Assembly (NCBI GenBank): GCA_005877615.1
Contig: VBOD01000106.1
Coordinates: 2,398-66,397 of the forward strand
Length of the DNA: 64,000 nucleotides
Origin: Nitrospirota bacterium
GTDB taxonomy: Bacteria > Nitrospirota > Nitrospiria > Nitrospirales > NS-4
Direction: 5' to 3'
Part shown: positions 1 through 6,821 of the stretch, in pieces
Position numbering within the stretch: the first letter of the stretch is position 1
How the letters are laid out: each line of letters opens with the position of its first letter
Notes under the pieces: generated by a model
Told to the model about the DNA's origin: nothing
The model's database searches: none
Seen by the model: only the letters and a program-made list of their open reading frames with translations
Made by a program: the position numbers and the translations under genes

Positions 1-34
1 CATCTTCGATCCTGATTTCTCGGGCCTGTTCCAT
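1..34 (-). CDS. Start of an unidentified gene running off the left edge (MEQAREIRIED...)
   Basis: ATG at 34..32 on the minus strand, with a purine-rich SD-like stretch (GGAAAGGTGAG) just upstream at 37-47. Only 11 codons are visible, so no product call is possible. Confidence 0.2.
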   Translation of the reverse strand, partial: MEQAREIRIED

Positions 35-162
35 GGCTCACCTTTCCAAGAATTTCCGTATCTTACAGACCTGTCGCACACCGCGTCAACGACGGTCCTC
101 CTGCTTTCTTGACAGGGGGGGACCCCCATGTTAGCCTTTCTCACATATAAGGAGGCACTGCT

Positions 163-729
163 ATGAAGTTTCACGGCGATAAGACACTGATCCTGACGGT
201 GGTTGTCGCCACCGGGTCGTTTCTGCTGGCTGCCTGTTCAAGTGTTCCGAAATGGGTCGACAAGGGCGGCGGGTACATGACCGAGAAGGACGGCAAGGCC
301 TTCTACGGAGTCGGGGCCGTGACGGGGATCCGGAACGAGCCGCTGGCCAAAGAGACCGCCGACAACCGCGCCCGTGCCGACCTGGCCAAGTACATGGACA
401 CCTATACGTCCTATTTGATGCGCGACTACGCCGCGTCAACGACGGCCGGGGACTTCACGAAGACCAGCGAGGAACAGAACGTCGAGCGCGCCCTTAAGAC
501 CTTTGTCTCGACCCACCTCTCCGGCGTTCTGGTCGTGGACCGCTGGGAGAAGGATGATAAGACCGGCAAGATCATCTACTCGCTGGCCAAGCTGGACCTT
601 GACAAGTTCAAGGAACAGGTCGGGCAGATGAAGGAGCTCAACGATGCGGCGCGGGACTTTGTGCGGAAGAACGCCGAGAAGGCGTTCGAACGCCTGCAAC
701 AGGAGGAGGACAAACGTGGCGCCAAGTGA
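163..729 (+). CDS. LPP20/FlgP-family outer-membrane lipoprotein
   Basis: ORF-track 188 aa. AAGGAGG SD lies about 9 nt upstream of ATG 163. Signal peptide with lipobox LLAAC. The body (GVGAV...NRARADLAKY..., K/E-rich helical tail) reads like the LPP20 family. Confidence 0.75.
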   Translation: MKFHGDKTLILTVVVATGSFLLAACSSVPKWVDKGGGYMTEKDGKAFYGVGAVTGIRNEPLAKETADNRARADLAKYMDTYTSYLMRDYAASTTAGDFTKTSEEQNVERALKTFVSTHLSGVLVVDRWEKDDKTGKIIYSLAKLDLDKFKEQVGQMKELNDAARDFVRKNAEKAFERLQQEEDKRGAK

Positions 730-1345
730 CGGCCGGCCTCGCATCGGAACAGTCCTCCTGGGATGGGGCGCCGGAGCTTTCCTGCTTGCGTCCGCCGGCT
801 GCGCCTCCACCACTGTCACACGCGTGGATACAGCGTCTGTCACGGACCTGAGCGGCCACTGGAACGACGCTGACTCCCGGCTGGTCGCCGAGGAGATGGT
901 CAAGGAGGCCCTGTCCGGCCCCTGGCTCGATACCTACACCGGCGCGAACAAGCGACGCCCGGTGGTGGTCGTGGGGACGGTGGCCAACCGGAGCCACGAG
1001 CACATCAACGTGCAGACCTTCATCAACGACCTCCAGCGCGAGCTGACCAACTCAGGCAAGGTAACCTTCGTGGCCGGCAAAGGCGAGCGGGAAGAGGTCC
1101 GCGAAGAGCGCCGGGAGCAGGCCGCCAACGCCCTCGAGTCCACGCAGAAGCCGCCTGGCAAGGAAATCGGCGCCGACTACCTGCTGCGCGGCACGATCAG
1201 CACTATCCAGGATGAAGCCGACGGGACGAAGGCGATCTTCTACCAGGTCGATCTTGAGATGGTCGACCTCTCCAACAACGTCAAGTCTTGGTTCGGCCAG
1301 AAGAAGATCAAGAAGGTCGTGGAACGGAAGCGCGTCGTGTTCTGA
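716..1345 (+). CDS. LpoB/YcfM-like lipoprotein (penicillin-binding-protein-activator LpoB family fold)
   Basis: In-frame GTG at 716 sits 5 nt after the AGGAGGAGGA SD (701-710) and overlaps the upstream stop. This gives the signal peptide GTVLLGWGAGAFLLASAGC. PVVVVGTVANRS...ADYLLRGTIS...IFYQVDLEMVDL resembles LpoB-type proteins. The ORF-track start at 644 is judged too long. Confidence 0.65.
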   Translation: MAPSDGRPRIGTVLLGWGAGAFLLASAGCASTTVTRVDTASVTDLSGHWNDADSRLVAEEMVKEALSGPWLDTYTGANKRRPVVVVGTVANRSHEHINVQTFINDLQRELTNSGKVTFVAGKGEREEVREERREQAANALESTQKPPGKEIGADYLLRGTISTIQDEADGTKAIFYQVDLEMVDLSNNVKSWFGQKKIKKVVERKRVVF

Positions 1346-1359
1346 CGCGACGGTCCGGC

Positions 1360-2826
1360 TTGTTCAGACATTTCACACCTCCGTCCACGGGACGCTGGAG
1401 TCCCGTCCTCCTGGTTCTGCTTTCCGTCACCGCCGTATCCGCCTGCGCACACGAGCTTCCCTATGCGCGCATTGATCGTGCGCTCCAGGACGGCAATCCC
1501 GCTGAAGGAGTGGCCCTCCTTGAAACGGCTCAGGACATCTATGGAAGCAAGAGTACGGCGCTGTACCTCATGGACAAAGGGATGGTCCAGTACCTAGCCG
1601 GCCGCTACACCGACAGCATTCAGTCCCTGTCTGCCGCCGAGGCGCTGACCGAGGACCTCTATACCCGCCGCATCCGGTCCGAAGTCGAGGCCTTTCTCAC
1701 GTCGGACAACGCCCTGCCGTATGAGGGCGAGGAGTTCGAAAAGGTGCTGCTGAACGTCTTCCTGGCTATCGACTACGTCCATCTCGGGCAATGGAACGAC
1801 GCGCTTGTCGAGGCGCGCAAGGTGGACCACAAGCTTACTGTGCTGGCAGACCGAAATCAAAAGCGCATGACGTACACCCGTGACGCGCTCGCCCGCTATC
1901 TGAGCGGCATCCTCTACGAAGCCACCGGCGACCTGAGCAATGCCTTCGTCGCTTACCGGCTCGCGCTGGAGGCGTTCGAGGACTACCGGAAGAACTATAG
2001 CACCGCCGTGCCGGACCTCGTCCGTCAGGACCTGCTGCGCGTGTCCGAGGCACTCGGACTCAATCAGGAACACCAGGAGTACCAACAGTCCTTTCCGGGT
2101 CTTACGTGGCAATCGGAGGCGGCCTCAATGTCGGACGGTGAGCTGGTATTCGTCACCCACGCCGGCCGGGCGCCCATCAAGCGCGACCTCTTCGTGGATG
2201 TCCCGTTCAGCCCTGCCGCACTCGCCGTGGTCTTGGCCACAAAACGCTATGACAGGTACGATACGTACAATCATCGTGCGGCCGAGAGCATTCTCTATGG
2301 CCTGACGGGCAGGGTGATGAGGCTGGCAGTCCCCCAGTTTGTGCCACGACGCTCGATGATCGCGCACACAGAGGCGGTCATCCTGAGCGGGACCGCACGA
2401 TACACGGCGCGCGCGGCCTTGATGGAAGACATCACGGCGATCGCCATAAAGGACCTGGATGACCGTCTCCTCAGAACGACGGTCAAGGCAGTGGCGCGCG
2501 CGGCTTGGAAATTCGCCCTCGCGGAAGCTGTACGGGTTGGGGTGCGTAGTTCAATCAAGGACAAGGAAGCAGGTGCGGTTGCCGGCGCCCTCGCTGGCGC
2601 GGTGGCGCACATGATCGCCGTCGGATCGGAGGAAGCGGACAAGCGGAGCTGGGCAACCCTCCCGGACCGCATCTTCGTCGGGCGATTGAAGGTCCCGCCC
2701 GGAACCTACGACGTGGAACTGCGCCACATCGGGACCTACGGAGGTGTGGTGGCCACCCAGGTACTCAAGGGCATCACCATCACCGAACGTGGCAAGCACT
2801 TCGTCAGCACGCGAGTCCTGCAATGA
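1360..2826 (+). CDS. COG3014-like TPR-containing lipoprotein of unknown function
   Basis: 512-aa ORF. The only in-frame start after the upstream stop is TTG 1360, giving a signal peptide with lipobox VSAC. TPR-like helical repeats are followed by a C-terminal ADKRSWATLPDRIFVGRLKVPPGTYDVEL beta region. ATG 1288 would overlap the previous gene by 58 nt. Confidence 0.55.
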   Translation: MFRHFTPPSTGRWSPVLLVLLSVTAVSACAHELPYARIDRALQDGNPAEGVALLETAQDIYGSKSTALYLMDKGMVQYLAGRYTDSIQSLSAAEALTEDLYTRRIRSEVEAFLTSDNALPYEGEEFEKVLLNVFLAIDYVHLGQWNDALVEARKVDHKLTVLADRNQKRMTYTRDALARYLSGILYEATGDLSNAFVAYRLALEAFEDYRKNYSTAVPDLVRQDLLRVSEALGLNQEHQEYQQSFPGLTWQSEAASMSDGELVFVTHAGRAPIKRDLFVDVPFSPAALAVVLATKRYDRYDTYNHRAAESILYGLTGRVMRLAVPQFVPRRSMIAHTEAVILSGTARYTARAALMEDITAIAIKDLDDRLLRTTVKAVARAAWKFALAEAVRVGVRSSIKDKEAGAVAGALAGAVAHMIAVGSEEADKRSWATLPDRIFVGRLKVPPGTYDVELRHIGTYGGVVATQVLKGITITERGKHFVSTRVLQ

Positions 2827-3980
2827 ACGTAAATGTCATTCTGAGCGAAGCGAAGAATCTAGGCAGAACTGAGACCCTTCGAAAGCTCAGGGTGACAACT
2901 GTCATCTTTCTCGCACTGTTCCTATCCTTACCTTTCACAGGCTGCGCCGGAACCCCGAAGCCGCCGGACTGGGTCATCGGGGTGAAGACCGCCGGCTATC
3001 CGGACGAGCAGTTCCTGATCGGCGTCGGGCAGGCGGACTCCAGGCCGGTGGCGGAGGAGCGCGCCTACGCGGCAGTTTCCCGGATCTTCAAAGCGGAAGT
3101 GATCAGTCAGTCCCAGGATTGGGAGTCCTACCTGAGCCTGGAGAAGAAGGGGGATGTCCAGGCCGAGCGGAAACTGGTCGTGGACACGATGACAAAGGTG
3201 TCCACCGACAAGCTGCTGGAGAACGTGAAGATCGCCGAAACCTGGCAGGACGCGAAGACCGGTCTCTACTCTGCCTTGGCCGTCATGGATCGCGGAGTCG
3301 CCCGAATGTTGCTGTCAAGCCGGATCGCGGAACTGGACGAGGCGATCGCCCATGACGTGAAAGAGGCCCGCGCGGCGACGGACAAGCTCATGAGGATCCG
3401 AGGCCTCCGGCGCGCGATCCGGACCCACATCGTCCGGGACACCTACAACAGCGACCTGCGGGTCGTGAGCGGCGGCAGGGGAGTCCCGTCCGAGTACACT
3501 GTGCCAGGGCTGACGAGGGAGCTGGAAAAGTTCCTGCAAGAAAGCTTGATCTTAACGGTTGAAGTCCATGGAGACCAGGCCGATGCCGTGCGGCAGGCCA
3601 TCATGGAGGGGTTGGCGCGCGAAGGGCTGCCGGTGACCGCGACAAATTCTCAGCCGGCATCAGGGGAATTCGGCCACGCGGACCTGCTGATCAGAGGTGA
3701 GGCCCGCCTGTGGCCTATTGAGGTTCCGGACCCGAACTTTCGCTATGTTCGCTGGTGCGCGGACTTTGTCGTGCTGAGCCAAGGGGACCAGGGCATCGTC
3801 GGCAGCGTGGCCCGCTCAGGCCGAGAAGGCCACCTGAACTACCCGGAAGCCTCCAACCGTGCCCTCAAGTCCCTCCAGCAGGAAGTCTCCTCCGCCCTCG
3901 CCAAGAGCCTTGCTGAGCACATCTACGGCGACCCGCCCTCCGACTCCACTCCCGCCCCCGCAGCCTGTCCGAAGTCCTAG
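2823..3980 (+). CDS. LPP20-domain lipoprotein with a long C-terminal extension
   Basis: 385-aa ORF. ATG 2823 forms an ATGA overlap with the upstream stop. Lipobox LPFTGC. The N-terminal half (FLIGVGQADS...AEERAYAAVSRIFKAEV) is LPP20-like. An alternative GTG start at 2892 lies just after the palindromic element. Confidence 0.6.
   Translation: MNVNVILSEAKNLGRTETLRKLRVTTVIFLALFLSLPFTGCAGTPKPPDWVIGVKTAGYPDEQFLIGVGQADSRPVAEERAYAAVSRIFKAEVISQSQDWESYLSLEKKGDVQAERKLVVDTMTKVSTDKLLENVKIAETWQDAKTGLYSALAVMDRGVARMLLSSRIAELDEAIAHDVKEARAATDKLMRIRGLRRAIRTHIVRDTYNSDLRVVSGGRGVPSEYTVPGLTRELEKFLQESLILTVEVHGDQADAVRQAIMEGLAREGLPVTATNSQPASGEFGHADLLIRGEARLWPIEVPDPNFRYVRWCADFVVLSQGDQGIVGSVARSGREGHLNYPEASNRALKSLQQEVSSALAKSLAEHIYGDPPSDSTPAPAACPKS
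2835..2896. repeat. Imperfect palindromic miniature element (GTCATTCTGAGCGAAGCGAAG ... CTTCGAAAGCTCAGGGTGAC)
   Basis: The two arms are reverse complements with a few mismatches around a roughly 20-nt centre. The left arm translates as the VILSEAKNL peptide, which I recognise as a recurrent small repeat seen in many bacterial and metagenomic sequences. Confidence 0.55.
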
Positions 3981-3990
3981 GACAACAGAG

Positions 3991-3996
3991 TATAAT
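3991..3996 (+). promoter_or_regulatory. Perfect TATAAT hexamer 6 nt upstream of the slp-like start codon (possible leaderless transcript)
   Basis: TATAAT at 3991-3996 and ATG at 4003, with no SD between them. No good -35 (TCCGAA at 3968-3973). Confidence 0.2.
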
Positions 3997-4002
3997 TAAA
4001 CC

Positions 4003-4707
4003 ATGGACAGGAGCGCGGGCCTGGCTCTGATTGGGGTGTGTTGCCTCCTCGTGTCCGGGTGCGCGTCCTCTAGGCAAAATACCTTCCCGCTCGAATACCA
4101 GCTTCCGCCCGACTTGCAACGCCAGGTCGAGCAGCGGGTGTCTTTTGCCAATGTCAAAGCCGATCCGGCGGCCTATAAGGGTCGGATCATCTTACTGGGC
4201 GGTGAGGTGCTAAAGGCAAAACGGTTGGTAGACCGTACCAGACTCGAGATCCTTCACCTTCCACTCAACGAGTTTAATGAACCCGTCATGAACCGGACCG
4301 CCTCTCAAGGACGCTACCTAGCTTTCCAGAAGGAGTTTTTGGACCCTGCGACGGTGCCCCCTGGGACGCGCATCACGCTGGTAGGTGAAGTCATCGGCAC
4401 AACCGAGGGCGACCTCGATGACATGAAATACTCCTACGTGACCCTGGAGATCCGCCATCTTCAGATCTGGCCGCAGACGCCCATGCCTTACGCGAGAGAC
4501 TCGCCCTACACTCCCTTCTACTCCTATGCTTACACGTATCGTTACTGGGACCCCTACTGGGGCTTCTACTGGGAGCCGTATTGGCCCTATCCATATGGAT
4601 TCGGCGGTTCCTTCCTGCGACCCAGACTGCGGGGAAGTCACCCGCTATCAGCGAAGGGCCACTCGCATGCCCATGCCTCCGGATCTAAAGGGGGCAGGGG
4701 AAAGTAG
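4003..4707 (+). CDS. Slp-family outer-membrane lipoprotein with an aromatic-rich C-terminal tail
   Basis: 234 aa. Lipobox LLVSGC. The core (YKGRIILLGGEVLKAK...TRLEILHLPL...GRYLA...TLVGEV) matches the Slp/YeaY pattern. The tail from about residue 160 is a Y/W/P-rich low-complexity region. Confidence 0.7.
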   Translation: MDRSAGLALIGVCCLLVSGCASSRQNTFPLEYQLPPDLQRQVEQRVSFANVKADPAAYKGRIILLGGEVLKAKRLVDRTRLEILHLPLNEFNEPVMNRTASQGRYLAFQKEFLDPATVPPGTRITLVGEVIGTTEGDLDDMKYSYVTLEIRHLQIWPQTPMPYARDSPYTPFYSYAYTYRYWDPYWGFYWEPYWPYPYGFGGSFLRPRLRGSHPLSAKGHSHAHASGSKGGRGK

Positions 4708-4716
4708 CGGGGTCGT

Positions 4717-5805
4717 CTAAGCGGTCATCGGCGGCGGCGCCGACTCAGTCAGATATTCTTCGTGGTAGATCTGAAACGCAGTGAGCAGGATGGCGAGAAG
4801 GATTGGCCCGAGGAAGAGCCCGATCAGCCCATAGGCCGCTAAGCCGCCAAGGATACTGAAGAAGAGGAGGAGCACCGGCAGCTTGGCCCCTTTCCCGATG
4901 AGTATCGGCCTCAGCACGTTGTCCACCATCATCACCACGCCCACTCCCCAGGCAAGCATCGCGATCGCCTTCCACATGGGGCCGGTCCAGAACAGGTACA
5001 GCGCCACCGGCCCCCACACCAGCGCCGTGCCGCCGAAAGGCAGCGGGGCCAGGACGATCGTGAGCGCTGTCAAGAAAGCCGGGAAGGGCACGTCGAGGAC
5101 CGCATAGGCGAGGCCCGCGACCACTCCCTGTACAATTGCCGTGATCACGATTCCCTTGACCACCGCCGTGATGGTTTGATCCAGGCGTGAAAACATCCTG
5201 TCCTTGTGCGCCTTGTCGAGCGGAATCCCTCGGTAGACACTCAGGAACAGTCGTTTGCCGTCTTTGAAGAAAAAGAACAGCGCAATGACGATCACCAGAA
5301 AGTTGACGGCCAGCAGGAAGGCGTTTTTGACCAGGCCGGTCACCTGCTCGACGATGAACCCGCTCATAGCCTTCGCGCTTTGCAACAGGAAGGCTTCGAC
5401 GTGCGCCTTCGACCCGACGAGCTTATGGAGCATGTGCTGCATGCGACGCCCGCCCAGCAAGGGGAGCTTGGCCAGCTCGTCCGGCAAGCGCGTCACGCCG
5501 CCCGACTGCACCCAGGTATTGACAGCGTCGTAGCCGTTGCCAGCCTCCTGGACAAGCAGGAAGGTGAAAAAAACCACCGGCGCCACGATCAACGCAACGA
5601 TTCCCACTGTCAACAGCGCGGCCGACGCGACCTCGCGCCCTCGGAGCAGACTTGTCAGACGAGTGTGCAGGGGGAAGGTGACGTGGGCTAGGATCACCGC
5701 CCATAGCAGCGGGCGAAGAAACGGGCTGAAAACCTCGGCCAGCTGGTAGAGCAGAACAAGCAGCACCCCGAGGAAACCGAAGGCGAACAACCGCTGGCGC
5801 GTCAT
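4717..5805 (-). CDS. AI-2E family (PerM/YhhT-like) membrane transporter
   Basis: The internal ATG at 5805 (MTRQRLFAFGFLG...) gives 362 aa with multiple TM helices and the FFFFKDGKRL, VDNVLRPILIGKG and GLIGLFLGP signatures. The ATG overlaps the upstream gene's TGA (ATGA). The 73-codon N-terminal extension in the ORF track is rejected. Confidence 0.85.
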   Translation of the reverse strand: MTRQRLFAFGFLGVLLVLLYQLAEVFSPFLRPLLWAVILAHVTFPLHTRLTSLLRGREVASAALLTVGIVALIVAPVVFFTFLLVQEAGNGYDAVNTWVQSGGVTRLPDELAKLPLLGGRRMQHMLHKLVGSKAHVEAFLLQSAKAMSGFIVEQVTGLVKNAFLLAVNFLVIVIALFFFFKDGKRLFLSVYRGIPLDKAHKDRMFSRLDQTITAVVKGIVITAIVQGVVAGLAYAVLDVPFPAFLTALTIVLAPLPFGGTALVWGPVALYLFWTGPMWKAIAMLAWGVGVVMMVDNVLRPILIGKGAKLPVLLLFFSILGGLAAYGLIGLFLGPILLAILLTAFQIYHEEYLTESAPPPMTA

Positions 5806-6821
5806 CCGGAGCGCCTGGTGTACAAGGTGTCCTCTTCGAACATCGTGAAGAGCCGCTTGGCCTCTGGGTGCAGAACGGCTTGCGAGGGCGACGGCGGCAT
5901 GGTGACCGTCCGGAACAACGGCGTGAGCTTGCCGTTGGGATGGAGGTAGCCGGCCCGCAACGGGACCGATCGGTGCTGGTGGCGGACAAGGTGGCACGGC
6001 GTCGGGCGAATACTGGTCAGCCATGCGGCAAGCTCGTGCGGATTGCCTATCGAGGCCGAAAGCAGGAGCAGTCTGGCCTGGGAGGGGCAGAAGATGATCG
6101 TTTCTTCCCAGACGACCCCGCGCTCCGAGTCGCCCAGGAACTGGCTCTCATCGATGATGACGAGCCCAAGGGTATCCAGCCGGACATCGATCTCGCCCCC
6201 CGCCGCGTCATAGAGGAGGTTACGAAGTATTTCCGTCGTCATGATCAGGATCGGCGCGGTGGGGTTGTCGCGCCGGTCGCCGGTGATGATGCCGACGAAC
6301 TCCGGCCCGAAGATCTTGCAGAACTCGGTGTATTTCGTGTTCGACAGGGCCTTGAGCGGCGAAGTATAGACGACAGTCCGGTCCTCGTGCATGGCGCGGC
6401 GGGTCGCCTCCACGGCGACGTAGGTCTTGCCGCTGCCCGTGGGGACGCTTACGATCACGTCACCCCGTTCCAGTGCCTCTACCGCCTCCATCTGCCAATC
6501 ATCCGGCACGAAGGGGCGCGGCTCCGGCACCCCAATACCTTCCAGAAGCGCGCGCAGGTCAGCCGGCTTTCCCGGTTTGTGTTCGGAGGATGCCCCACCC
6601 CCCGACGCCGGGACTGCGGCCAACGCCTGCTGCTCGGCCTGATGGGTACGAATCGTCGCCTCGACGCGCGCGATGTTGGCTTCGGCACCCGCCATGATCG
6701 TGTGCATGAGCCGTCGCTTCCCCATCCGTAGCGCCGGGGGACCAGCGATGGAGCGCCCCAGCCGGCGCAGTAGCCGGAAGGGGAGATTGGCGAGCGCCCG
6801 TTCCAATTCGTCACGTGTCAC
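5802..6821 (-). CDS. Ski2/HelY-like helicase, RecA1 (DEAD-like N-terminal) half only
   Basis: GTG at 6821 overlaps the upstream TGA (GTGA). Contains Walker A PTGSGKT, SPLKALSNTKY, MTTEILRN, motif II as IIDESQ, and motif III SAS. It ends shortly after RSVPL. The ORF-track extension to 7283 lies inside the upstream gene. Confidence 0.8.
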   Translation of the reverse strand: MTRDELERALANLPFRLLRRLGRSIAGPPALRMGKRRLMHTIMAGAEANIARVEATIRTHQAEQQALAAVPASGGGASSEHKPGKPADLRALLEGIGVPEPRPFVPDDWQMEAVEALERGDVIVSVPTGSGKTYVAVEATRRAMHEDRTVVYTSPLKALSNTKYTEFCKIFGPEFVGIITGDRRDNPTAPILIMTTEILRNLLYDAAGGEIDVRLDTLGLVIIDESQFLGDSERGVVWEETIIFCPSQARLLLLSASIGNPHELAAWLTSIRPTPCHLVRHQHRSVPLRAGYLHPNGKLTPLFRTVTMPPSPSQAVLHPEAKRLFTMFEEDTLYTRRSG

